From: Balanoglossus misakiensis
Lineage: Eukaryota > Animalia > Hemichordata
DNA length: 64,000 nt
Assembly: GCA_040954595.2 (NCBI GenBank)
Contig: CM082591.2
Span: 3,395,957-3,459,956 of the forward strand
Reading direction: 5' to 3'
Below, piece after piece: positions 11,956 through 32,952 of this stretch. The translations under genes were made by a program, and so were the position numbers. The stretch's first letter is position 1, and every line of letters starts with the position of its first letter. A model generated the notes under the pieces. It did not search any database, was not told where the DNA came from, and worked only from the letters and a program-made list of their open reading frames with translations.

Positions 11956-14900
11956 TTATAGGGCCGACCGTTCTTCATCGTCGCCTAGGTCACCACCATC
12001 ATCGTCATCTTTTGGGGTTTCCTTCTCTTCATCTTTTTTCTCCTCCTGTATCTCAACATGGATCTCTTCCTGCGCCACATCTGTGGGGTCACTGACCTCT
12101 GCCTCAGAGGTAACGTTATCGTTTGCATTATCATCCTCTGGTTTCGGGGTTTCGGGTGAACTTTGAACTTCCCCCGGTATATCAGCAGCGATTTCTGCTG
12201 TGTTTGTTTCCTCAACGTTCGCACTGACGTCTTCTGTCTCGTCTTTCTCGGAAATGTCACTTGCGTGTTGCTGCGGCATGATCTCTGCATCACTAGCCGC
12301 GAGCGATTGCGACGCAATCTCTGCATCACTATCTGTGTGCGACTGTGGAGTGATGTCTGCGTCACTCCCTGCGAGCGTTTGCGACGTGGTCTCCGTTTCA
12401 CTAGCCGCCTGCGACTGCGACATGGTCTCGCCATCACTCTCCGCGAGCGATTGCGACGCAATCTCCACGTCACTACCCGTGTGAGACTGTGGAGCGATGT
12501 CGGTGTTGCTGCCCACGTGCGACTGCGACGTGACTTCGCTGTCACTCCCTGCAGGCGACTGTGCGGTCACCTCCGTGTCGCTACCCGTGAGCAACTGCGG
12601 CACGATCTCAGTTTCACTACCCGCGTGCGACGTCACCTCCGCGTCGCTGCCCGCCTGCGACCGCCTCTGTCTCCGCTTGTTAAAATGATGACTAATTCCC
12701 AGCACTTCCCTCAGTCCTTTGTTCTCAACCTGCAGCTGGGTGATCACCTCCGTCTCCTTGGCAACTGCCTCATCATCGATGTCGATCGCATGAGACATCA
12801 CCAGGGCCAACTCGCATATTTTCTCCGTCATGTTTTGTAGCTCCTGGTGATGAATGAAGCAGAGTAGATTTTTACATTTTGTTTCTCATCATTCAACGAA
12901 CCCAGATTTTGGATTCCTTGATTCAAAACAACTCCAGTGTTCTCCCCAGGATTTTGAGAAAGCAGTGTGATTAATTTGCATAACAATGTAAACAATTGTT
13001 ATGTTAATTAATTTATATTGTCTTCTCAAAATTAAAGAGTGGTGGCCACCATGCTTTAATTGCTCTGGGGAGAACACTGAACCCAACATCAGGTGGTGTA
13101 CAAAAGTGCATGCCTATATTAACACATACTAACCTTTGAGTTATTTTGCGTCACATTCAATGAACTTTTATCCACTTTGTTTGCCAGTATCAGCTTCAAC
13201 ACCTGCTCTCTGTATTTACTCATGATAAGTTCCAATGCCGACTGGTGCTCCTCCAGTGCCGTCCTTAATTCCTTGTTTTCCTGCTGCAGTTCCCGGATTT
13301 GCCGGTTTTCCTGTTGTATTCCCAGCACCAGGGCTGACCTGGGTCTGTGTCTGGCTGCTTCATTCATCTCAACAAGATCTTCTTGGTACTGCAGGGAGGT
13401 ACAATAGAAACATATTACTGTTAGAAAATACCTTTTCTACTAACCCCTACACCTTGTAATATCATCATATGACATTGTAGAGAAAATGTTACATAGTATA
13501 CAGTGCAACATTGTAGCTATGTATACAGTGCAACATTGTAGCTGTAATGTTAACTTGCAGCCACAAAATGCAACAATGTAGCCATCGAGTACATGTACAC
13601 AAAGCACTGTCTCAGACATGTATGTTACAATGTCTCAAGTCATGGAAATTTGTAACAGTCATGTGTAACAATGTAGCAAGCATAATATTTCATATGTAAA
13701 TTATGTGAATACTGAGTAATGACAACAAAATCATTGAAACTCAGTAAAATACTGTATAAGTAAGCGTGGCTGTGTCTTCAAGTCATCTAGCATACCCATG
13801 AAGTAATCATCCATACACAGCGTTCAATTTTTACAATCCCCATTGCCACCATTCAGCAGGAAATCAATTTTCTTGAAAGCCTGTTCTGATCAAAAGCTGA
13901 TTACTGGATCTCTGTCACTAAACATGTTAGATATTGTAACAAGGATGAACGCTGGCATTGTCATGTAAAGCAGCTCGGCCCGATCAAAAAATTCTTTTGT
14001 TTGCCATAAACAGGTAAGTAGATTTTTATGTAAAAATAAAGTCTTGCCCAGTGTTAATACAATGTACTGCTGTTTACGAATTAAAAAATGCAGCTCTTTT
14101 CCAAACATTCTTCCTTATCCCAAAAATGCAAACGAGTTAATATGTGTATGTTGTACTTTCATTTGGCCAGGTGGGAGGTTGGGATTTAGGGAAATTTCCA
14201 GACAGCAAACAAAGAATTTTTTTAAAGAAGCTTAACCACAATCACCCATTGTAGTGGACTGCGTAAACACTGCCATTGTAGTCTGTTTCATTGCTGCAAA
14301 ATCTTTGTTTTGCTATAGAGTCGCTGAACCGTGCCAAAGGACTTTAAAGTTATTGAACGGTGAGAGTATGCATGTAACTGTGCTTCGCAAATAATCAATT
14401 TGACAACGGCAGGGATGACCTCTGTCAGCTCTACTAGATACAGACATGTAGGTGCGACATGTCTGAATCATATGCTTCTGCAATCTGTAGGACTATGGCT
14501 GAATTCTATTAGAAATTTAACGTTTGCACCACCATGGTTTTGTCCAACTCCATTGCTGGCAATGGCAGTGTTGGACTTCTATACTCAGAAATGGGTGTGA
14601 AACAGTAACGTATGGCCACTTGCGATCTCTACAGAGAGTAATTAACAGAAAACGCCCCACCAAACACCGACAACACATTCACGTTACTCACATAGCCGAG
14701 AACCCGCGCCTTCATCTCCGGCGAGGAATCGTCCCCCCAGCCCGAAGACGGACCACCGTGAGCCATCGCTGTCCACCACTCACTCCCTCATCGCGACTCT
14801 GAATGACACTGTCAACTCAACAACAATGGGACAGATCAATCATTATCCGGGTTTTCCTGTATGCGTGTCGGTGGGACAATTTGACCGCTAATACGTCGCG

Positions 14901-16583
14901 GAATGAAACAATGGAGTTGATACTGTGTCGCTGTCGTCATCAGTAAAACCCATCAAATCTATATTTAGACACAAGCTTCAGACTGTCATTTTATATTATA
15001 TCATCTCACTGCCTTGAATCTGGATTCTCTTTTATCTAAAATTAATACAGTCGAGTGCATATATTTAGAATAGTAGATTTCAATTGTCCAAAATGACAAA
15101 GTAGACATTCGCTATTTAATTTTTTTTTTTTTTTTTTTGGCATTCACGGTTGATTAAACTGATACATTTACGAAGAATGGATGGCTCAACTTCCAGGGTT
15201 TTAAAATATAAATTCATATTTCCATATCTTTATAAAGATATTGGTTTCGGTTACTTGAGTTCTATGATAAAACTGGTCGACATTTTATCATATTCTTGTT
15301 CAGCTGCTTGGTTCGTCCAATTGTCCATTGAGAGATTTTTTCCAAAATATTGATTTTTCTATAATCTCACTGGCAAATGTGATTAGCCATAGAAACATGA
15401 CAGAAAAGTTACGATTGGGGATCATTACATGATGCATTAGAACTGAATACATATTGACTCCAATGAACATGTCGATGATAGACAAGGCCTGTGCATTTTT
15501 TTTGTGTAGCACTGGGCAGATTACAGATCAGCTTATGGAGCCATTGTCTGGCAAGAATCGATACAATACTCAGAAGAATTCCACGGGAGTATAGTCAGTA
15601 CAAACGTGATTTGAGTCTATTGATCTCAGATGACATAATATCACATAATATTCTCAACCACAAAAAAGCAGCCATGCCCCTTGGAATAACAAAGTCAGTT
15701 TCCTTAGTCTGTCAATCTAGCAGGCATTGTGAAAAGATAAACTCCAACTTTCACTCATGCTTAGCTGAAGTACCATAAAACCTTATTAATTCAACCAGAA
15801 AAAATATAATCAGTCTTAAAATGATAAACCAGTAGACTTAAAAATACAGGTGTTCAGTGATGTGCTTGCGAGTAAATGTTGTCATTCTCAAATAAATAGC
15901 CCCCGAAAAGAATTCATGAAACTGAAACAAGAAATGGACACAGTTGTTCTTTTCATCCAGATACAGAAGTACCTGCATGATACAAAGCAAGACCCACAGC
16001 CTCGCAGCCAAAAAACCCCATCATTTAGAATTCAATTGCAGTTAAAAAACCGCTACTTTAGTTGCAGTACTGATATATGTCACATATAGATTTAATGAAC
16101 TGCCGCACATAAAATCAAATAGTTTCGGACTCAAATAGCCATAAACAGAATTTGCCCCAGGCAAAAGAAAAAATGTCAAGAGTGATTGAAAGTCCTTTAA
16201 ACCTCTCTGCTCTTGCGATGTTCACACTTATGTAGAATCCTTCAGAAAAGCATAAAAGGAACACAGCGAATCAGTACTCCAATCTGGGTGTCAGATTTGA
16301 GTACACCTGAATTAAAATCAGGTATGGCTCACTGTAGCCAGATCAGTAGCGAGCCCCAGGCCTCAATTACGAGGTAAATGCTCGCCACCAAAGATGGCTG
16401 CCTTTATAATGTAAAGGTTGCTGTTTAAAAAAGCATGCTGGTCCTTACCTGTTTCATAGCATCAATTCGTTTATTCAGAGTCTCGCTCTGTGTGATGAGA
16501 ACATCGGCGGCTCCATCGTGTTCTGACAAGCGTTCAACCAGCTTCTTGGCGTCCGCCATCACTTGCTCTATGGTCAAGGTCAT
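11956..16583 (-). CDS. FGFR1OP2: FGFR1 oncogene partner 2 / SIKE family coiled-coil protein
   Basis: Exons 16449-16583, 13134-13388 and 11956-12843, all phase 0. Peptides MTLTIEQVMADAKKLVERLSEHD, QQENRQIRELQQENKELRTALEEHQSALELIMSKYREQ and LQVENKGLREVLGIS. Probable 5' UTR exon donor near 17208. Confidence 0.92.
12270..12665 (-). repeat. Coding tandem repeat (39 bp / 13 aa) in the FGFR1OP2 C-terminal tail
   Basis: About 10 units of the form SxxGSD(A/T)E(I/V)xxQ. Confidence 0.8.
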
Positions 16584-19160
16584 CCTGTACTGGTGCTCTG
16601 TGCGTGGGGACGTGTGCGTGTGCAGAAAGTGAAACTGCAGGGAAAAAGAAATAATCAGTGAGAGAGAAATGTTAGATTGCAATTGCTGAAAATGCATGCA
16701 CATGTATTGTACACAACAACTACCAAGAATTTGACACACCTGTCCAGTGTTAGTATGTCAATTTCTGTTATGCACATTGCAAACATTGGAAACGACCCTG
16801 CAATGCACATAATGCTCATATATGTTGATTTTTAGCAATAACAACAGACAGACGATGTTTAGCTGATGCAGCGAATCAACATACGAAGTAGTACACCTAT
16901 CCAAGGTAAGTCTATGATCTTTCTTTCTAGGTGTGCCACATTGACAGTGTGACCCCTCCCCTTTGTCGATTTCTTTTCGTCTCTTGCTGGCTTTCAGATT
17001 TCGTCAATGGAAAATGTACAGCTATATAGAACAACAGCCACTCTCATGTAATTGTCCTTTATCTCTGTAGAAAATACATCATGTATAATTCAAAATGATT
17101 CAAACCAAACGAGGCAGCTGCATGCATCATTTCGAAACTTCATCATTCGAGTTAGACGACAGTCATTGTATATTTCAACGTTTCGAAATTCAGTTGTTTC
17201 TTACTTACCCAAGCGAATCTTGCGCTCCTCCGTGCTTCAATTCCGAAATTTATTGCTGTCTTCACTAAAACAATATCTGCGAAAGCGTGGGCGACGAGCG
17301 AGACGTTTTGCAACTAGCTATGGTTCCTCTTTCCTTCGTGTTTACTAATTTTCAAAATGGCGACACACTAGTTGGCAATGTCAACGTTGAGGGCGTATGA
17401 CATGACTCGTGTTGCCACGCGTCACAAGGCACGCCCTGGTAACAGACACATATCCAGGCTGACAGCGCATACTTCAATTCTCATTTCAATGCAGCATTAC
17501 CCAGGAGATAGTGTTCATCATATGCAAATTCATCACCTATCATGCAATGCCCATCAAGAGCATCATTCAGGAGACTTTCCCTATCTCTGTGATGAACGAT
17601 AACCCGTCTAAGATTCATCCGTTTCATAACATTTTCGAGTCAGCCTATTTTACCACCATGTGTTTTAGCTGGACAGACACAAAATTAAGTATATTTCACA
17701 AATCGATGAAATAAGAAAATAATAATTTCTGTGGGTAGACTACAACATTGATTTTGTATACAGTACGGGAGTTATCATTGGATGAGGACACTGGTAAGCT
17801 TATAGTCATTTTCATGTCAAAGAAATGAAACGCAGGGTTGTGTGTTAAAATGCTCGTGTTATTTCTTTTATTCGGTGTTTTTGACTTCCTTCGGGGGAGG
17901 CAGCATCCCTCCTTCAAATAACGCATGTAGCATCGATCAAAATAACAGTTTGAAAGTTGATATTTATAATTCTATAATTGCTAGTTTCGATGTGTAAAAT
18001 ACCCAAGAATGGTGACAAGTACTGAAATGATGGTGAATATATAATTCTAAGTAAGATTATTCACAACAATTTGAAAGTGTGTTTTTAGGGGGATCGAGAT
18101 GAGAATCGTACACTGTGTGCACGAGTGTACATCGCTTTTCGAGCACCTATGGGGGAGTGTGTAAAGGCCACCTGTGCATGTGACAGAAAATAATCAATGT
18201 CAGACAAGATTGAACGATCGTGACCTTGAACATCATTGCTCTCCAAAAACGTGACTCTGTTGCTCTATGTTCTCATTATGTGAAAACTAACATTTCGCGG
18301 AATTTAGATAAATGCGACCTAATTTTATTAAATGAACCAAAATGGCAGGTGGCACGTACAGGCAATGTCAAAGTAATAATCCCAATAGAATCCGAAATGT
18401 TAAAAATAAACACGACAGAGTTTGAAACTTTTTCCAGGAAATCCTGATTGTTCGTATCCCTAAAAAAGGGCAATTTTCAATGTCGCAGGCCTTAGATAAT
18501 CCATTTTAACAATGAGACCTGCAGGGCGCCCCAGGCGGCCATAGCATGTGATCAGATCCATTCACTTCCATCTTTGGAGTCCATTACTGAGAAAAACATA
18601 TTTTTAGACGCATTATGCACGTTAAGCTGTAAATCTTTTCTTACCAAACCTGGCTCTCTGAGAAGTCTTTTAAACCCATGCGCTATAAAAGATCACTTGA
18701 AAATGAAAAGATGGATTTGCCACTGACTGTTCCGACCGTGAAGCTATACTAGATTTGAGACAGGTTTGTCGTCAACGGTACCCTGTCGTCGACGCTACAA
18801 ACCATGCGGATATAACGTTTCAGCAGAATGCGAAATTCATTAACCCGAATATAGCAGCGAATTCATTTTGCGGACGATATTTTCTGAACTAATGTAAGTG
18901 TGCTGCTTTTGATGAAGTAGAATAATTTCCACGAAAGAACTTATCTGAATAAGGAATAAATAAACATTGAGAATAATTTGTAAATGGTTTGATGTGACCC
19001 TGTTATGTGAGATACATCGGTGAAAAACTGTTCTCTGAAGTTCCATTGTTTGTGTGATTTTTCATAACCAGGCTCATTCAATCAGTAAATTTTAACTGCC
19101 ATTTTTGACCTCATTAATTAGCGCGAATCGCGGGGGAAATCTGCTGTTGACCTCGGTGAT

Positions 19161-23239
<4,079 letters not shown>

Positions 23240-23529
23240 GCCGACAGTTCGTTACAGCGGGTGTCGCCGACACACGTGGGTTGAAGTATAAGCTTGTGAA
23301 TTTATGTTTTCATACGGTGGTGATGTTAAGCCGGACTCGGTTTCGGCAAAAAAGCAGTGTCACTGATCACGTGCTCGGGAGCGGTAGTACACGTCACGCG
23401 TCATAAGGTCGTAGGCGGTCGCCGCTTATCCGATCGACACACATTATGCTGAAACTTAATATTCACAGCCTCCAGGCTGTAGATTGTCTTGCGCATTCTT
23501 CCTTTGCTTTAAATGTACTATTATTGCCC

Positions 23530-23596
23530 TGTCTGTCTGTCTGTCTGTCTGTCTTGCTGTCTGTCTGTCTCGCTTTCTCGCAGTCTGTCTGTCTGT
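23530..23596. repeat. (GTCT)n microsatellite
   Basis: Interrupted TGTC/GTCT tetranucleotide run. Confidence 0.85.
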
Positions 23597-26500
23597 CGGT
23601 CGTTTCGTAATTTTGCTGGTATTTTAAAATATTTCCTGTAAATACCATATATACCATATATCAAGAAAAACTGCATATATGTTTCTTATTCCTGGAAATA
23701 TATTTACATGTAAATAATGGATAGTCAATTATAGAGGAGCAGTGTATCATGTAACAGGAATCCGTTGTGACACATAAGCGGTAATGACCAGTGGTCATTA
23801 GGCACACTTTTAAGATCATGACAATCAAGGGCTCTTAATGTCTAATGACCTATGGACACGTGACAGTACATTTTTTGGAGCAGGGTGTTCAGTACTAATA
23901 GCCCCATTGTGGCAGAATCTGCCATGAAAGCCTCGTTGACTTGCTGCGACGGAAATGAAACACCAACTCTGTTAGTATTCGAGGATGGTGTGTAAAAGAT
24001 ACGTGTTCTATTTGCTCAGTGTTTAATGGTATATAGCACGTTATAAGGACGTCAAATGCGCAGAGATTTAAGAGTGGAAACAAGCTTCTTATATATAATC
24101 CCCGATCCGCCTTGCAGGCAATACAGTGTACCTAATAGGGAACCGTTAAACGAGGACTATATTAAGCCGCGATCAGCATATTTGAAATCGTGCGGACGGG
24201 GCTTGCTGTTACCGCGAAATAATTAGTATAACGTGTTTTTAAAAATGTCAAATATGAGGCTGGTGTTACTATAGTTACCTGGGACATTTATGTTTGACAG
24301 CCAGCTCCGGGGATAACCATTTTCTCATCGCCTTAAAGTCTCTCTCCCAGAGCTACCATTTTGCTGATCTCTTTGGCGTCTCACCGGGTATGATTAATCA
24401 AACTGACCTCTGCAACTCTTCAAAGTGGAATCTCTGTGATGCAGGTCCCAATTTACCGCAGGAAACAGACATGTGTACAGGCAGAATGTGTCTAGTTTGC
24501 TTTGCAGTTTGGTGCCTGTGTATGCTAACACTGACCTTGTCGCAAAATATCGGCCAATGCACAGCAGAGTGTCTGAAAAAAATACATGAAAACTAATTAC
24601 AAACCAAACAAAAAAACGTTCGTGAAAAATACTCATGCACGATTGTTTTATGTTTGCGACATCTCTCAAATTCTCAGCTGGTGGACATGAAGAGACGGGT
24701 CGGATAATGTAATACGTGCCATTTCACGTTTTAGTTCCCAATATTGTTTATTATGATTTACAGTCTACCCCTATATAGCACACTGCAGGCCTTCCTTATC
24801 ACGATTTGCCGCGTCCACTGTAATATATAAATTGATAATTCCTTTCGGAAGGCGAATTCGCTTAAAGGATACACACACCTACTATTGAAGAATTCACGAG
24901 AAACTGAACTAGTGCAATTTTTAGGGCATGGTGACGATGAAAAGGAAATTTAACCCAAATCCTGCGTGTTTTGTGTGTTCACCTATATAGCCCGCATACA
25001 CATAGCAAAGTCAGGATTGTACTTCAAATTTGACATTCAAAATGGCCGCCAATTTCCGGTGAAAATTTCAATTACTATTTAGGGGGGGGGGGGTAAAAAG
25101 AAAATAAAGACACTGCTTCCTTCTTTGTGATCTAAAAGACACCACACATGATTTTTGGGGATTATCATTTCTATAAAAATCTCTCCCTTGGGAACATGCT
25201 ACCTAAAATCCGAACAGGGGCTTGTCAGAGCAGAGGACATCCCACTCGACGGCTGACGTACACGCGCTACAAGCGGAAGTTGCAACATGCGCATCAAGCT
25301 CCATCTGCAACGAGAGTTGATCTCTAGGGCGATCAATAATTTTCCAATATAAATGCAATGTAAACCATACATGGAAAATGGCGCCAAGTTCCTACTGGAC
25401 GATTTACGGCGTGCAGCCAGACGTTGCCTCAGGTAATGCAATAAAAACCTAATTATTTTCCAACGAGTGGAAATAAATAGCAAATGCCATCAAATTTCAC
25501 TGGATACAATATCTTCGAACAAAAGTCACGCACGCCTGAATATCGAGTTTTTACCTTAATTTCGACATTCTTTCTTATTTTGACGGTCTATGAACACATG
25601 GAGATCATTTAATTTCTGTGCGAATAGTTGTCACATTTTATTATAATTCAACTAACTGAAAACCCATTTTCATTCATTTTCTATGCTTAAATATTATAAT
25701 GAGGCAACTCTACCAGATTAAACAGCACAGTTCGTGAATGAGATGATGGTCCCCGCTTTTCGGGAGTGTTTAAAGATGTCTACACGCCCGTGCATTTGCC
25801 GCCTTTTTGCAAAGCGAACATATTAACGATAAATAGAAGTAGTGTACTTACGTTTAAGTACCCAGCTGCAATGGATTCCAATATTACTTCAGAATCTGTG
25901 CTGAACGGACACAATAGAATGCCTGGAATGAGAATCAAAGAGTAACTGCTACAAAGTACATTATTGACACAATGTGGTTGTTACTATGTATTACACTGTT
26001 GTGTCATTGCTACAATGTCTATTATTGCAAACAATGTAATTGTTACACTGTATTACATTGTAGTGTAACTGCTACACTGTACATCATTGCAAACAATATG
26101 TCGTTACTTTTTATCACATTCCAAATTACTTTGATAATATAAGACATGCGTTGGTTGCTTTTCCAGGTTCTTCCTGAACAGTGGCAACAAAACTGATGGC
26201 GTGTCTGTAAACAGAAACGCTGCACGTGCGCAGTTCAGACGCCTCCTTTAAATATGCTATGGTTATCAAAAGGAAGTGAAATTATAAAACTGGAATTTCA
26301 AAACAACGTGCGCAGCTGGCAATTTCCTTCATAAATGTTTTGATCCCGAGTCTGAATTGCTCCAGATTACTTAAACCTGTCAGGTTTTCTGAGATGGAAT
26401 TTCAAAGTCTTGTGCCACAGATGGCAAATGTTCAAATCACTCACTTGGATGAAAGTGCCTATACGTGGCACAACACGATCACTGATGACTCCTGTTTGAC

Positions 26501-27927
26501 CTGAGGTGGTAGCTTGCATACGGATCTCTGCAATCATATTCATGGAATGTATATTCCGAGGGTCTTGCCTGTGATGCCGTAAATACAGGTGAGTTGATTT
26601 TAAATTATCCACCCCTGATTGTCAGGCACGGTCATATTTTTCCAAACTACATTTAAAATTCCCGAACCCATTCTGTTTCATGTCTATACATGTAGGACTT
26701 TTAAACTATTTGTATGGTTGTGCTCAAACGAGCATTGATAATTTTTGCTCTTTCGGAAAGTTGAAAACATTCACAATATTCCATTTTATTTTGACTGCAC
26801 CTGCGGGTCTGTTCTTCTGTCGCCATATGTATTGATCTGGGGTATGGCAATCAGAGATTGGCGCCAGCTTAGGGGTCCTTAGCAGGCTTAGCAGAAAAAG
26901 TTGCGTCTTTGAAGTTGTTATGGGAAAGGGAACGAGAAACGGTAGTGTGAAGATGCACAGGACAACCATACTGAGAAAAATCACAACTAATGGAATCGGA
27001 TTTGATAATGTCGTCTTCGCTCGTAGTTCCGCTGCGCCATGTTTTGTCTGTCACCTGATGCCGCTTTCATTGCCTTAACCAATCACATCTCGCGTTTCTT
27101 TCTTGAAGAGTGTGTGCAACGGCCGTAGAAACAAGGCTAACAAAAGAATCGTCGCTAGAGGACGCTGTCATAAAAACCCTAAAGAGCTTTGCGCCTGCGC
27201 TGCTTTGTAAAATGGCGACAGGTGAACGACACAATGGGTAAAATATATGGTGAAAGGGCACTGCAGTGTTCTCGATACTGTGTCACAGAATGTATACAGT
27301 GACCTACAAAATGTAGACGTTAGAACAACCGGTTAAAGGGCATTGGAATTACATTATTAAGAGGAAAAACTAGCTAACTTCTGCATTGGTTTACCTATTT
27401 TAGTTGTATTTGATGGGATATTGACGTTGTGTTAAACATGACTAGTTTTTAAACTAAACTTCCATCTGGACATGGGTATTATATATAAATAGTTCTACAG
27501 TGTGTTCTTGAAGTGCGAATTGAAGAAATCGGATATATGGACATTCAGTGAGCAAAAACACCAAATGAAACTAAAATAAGCAATATATACACAGAAGTTA
27601 GCGATTTTGTCCCTTTAAAATGATATGCCCAAATTTTTTTCGCCCTGCGTTTCTCATCTTCGACGGTGATGATCGAGGTCAGCCACAGTCCCTGTATTTA
27701 TACAGGACAGTGGGTCAACGAACTCTGAAGATCAAAGTTCTTCACTGTCTATCTATTTAACTGTGGTCTGTGCACAGCGAAGGCACATTCAAAGTACGTC
27801 CTTTCATCGCGTCAGTAACTGTTAGGTGCACGGTTGTTTTTGGACGACTCCGTTGGTCTCTTTGTATTAATAGGCCTACAATTGGGTTAAGGCGACATCG
27901 TCCCTTCACCAGTGGCAAAGCTGAACG

Positions 27928-31611
<3,684 letters not shown>

Positions 31612-32157
31612 CGAACTGGACAGAGTGGAGTTGAAAATCTCCGGCCCGGACAACCCTGAGTGCGACTGTAATTCTGAACTGCCAAACGGGAGCTTTGAGG
31701 CCGGAGCATATTGCGTAGAAATAAATTATCCTCTTTATTCACAATCAGTGATATTCCAACGGGTCAGCTGAAATGACCTGAGCTGCAATGTACTCTCCAA
31801 AGCAACAAATATGTCAGAAGGACATCAACAAACACTTGTGTAAAGACTAATTAACATTTCTATGCCCACAGATAGTAAAATTTGGCTTGTACCGTGCCTC
31901 AGCGACAAGCACAATAGGCAAGAAATGCCAAACCACCATATTTAGAAGTCTGGCATCTGATTGGCTACTATTACTTCCGGCCTCTACTCAAGCTGTCGTG
32001 TTTGTAAACAATCATTTTTACCATTCCCAAATACAGTATACATTAAAATGCAGTTTATGATGAAACTAAAGCTAAAATCAATACAACTACTGACGCAAGA
32101 ATATGTAACTAAAATTTTACAACAGACACGAGCATTAACCCACTTCCGAGTGTCAGA

Positions 32158-32617
32158 TAGTCTCGGTTACCCAGACGCCTTTGCTTCTTCCGATGCTCTC
32201 CAGAAAAAGGGTCTGGGGAAATGCTATTGAAAGCTTTGTAAAACAAAATGGCCGATGTCAGGATTTTGATCATCGCCTGATTGGCTGAGCTGTCAGTATG
32301 ACCCGGGTCACTGACTCTAGACAATGTGTGATTATTTGTCGTATCTTCATATCAAGAGACCGGTACTTGTTGGTTGATGCGAAAGGCAAAAGGCGTCCTC
32401 TGTTAGCATTGTTGGAGAAATTATATGAAATATCTTTGGTAGACGATTGTCGAAACTATTGCAATGACCCGGGTCATACTGACAGCTCAGCCAATCAGGC
32501 GATGATCAAAATCCTGACATCGGCCATTTTGTTTTACAAAGCTTTCAATAGCATTTCCCCAGACCCTTTTTCTGGAGAGCATCGGAAGAAGCAAAGGCGT
32601 CTGGGTAACCGAGACTA
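32158..32617. mobile_element. Mutator/MULE-like foldback MITE, 460 bp
   Basis: 153-bp TIRs (32158-32310 and 32465-32617) that read as identical; 9-bp TSD AGTGTCAGA at 32149-32157 and 32618-32626. Confidence 0.9.
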
Positions 32618-32952
32618 AGTGTCAGAAAACTAGTGCATTACAAAATGGCGGATGGCTTGTATGTGCGTCTATGTACGTGATGAGTCTTGATTGTCTAGTC
32701 ACGTGACAAGCATTAAACAAGGAATTGTATAAATTTAATGTGCCTGTACATGTACATGTATACATGTACAGGCATGAATTAAATTAAATTTATACGGTAC
32801 TTTACATACGTGTGCAGTCTAGGGCGTTTCTTGGTGTTAGAATGAGCATATGGTACCACACATTTTTCGCGTGTACCATCTACTGGAAATATAATTTGAA
32901 TACTGAAATAATTTTCGCTACGATTTCCTGATTTTACCAGTTCGCCTTTGTG

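Noticed and set aside
11951-12840. Several long overlapping ORFs on both strands in the last FGFR1OP2 exon
   Set aside because: Caused by the GC-rich 39-bp coding repeat; only the 11956-12843 frame links to upstream exons.
13470-13680. Short ACATTGTAGC-type tandem repeats that superficially resemble a repeat-spacer array
   Set aside because: Degenerate intronic minisatellite in a eukaryotic gene, with no constant repeat or unique spacers and no cas genes; not CRISPR.
27357-27618. Degenerate TTAA-bounded inverted repeat upstream of CYP4 (possible Kolobok/piggyBac-type MITE)
   Set aside because: The arms match only patchily; ends and TSD cannot be fixed without a repeat library.
32109-32618. 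Two ORFs with identical peptide text on opposite strands
   Set aside because: Artefact of the MITE's inverted arms.
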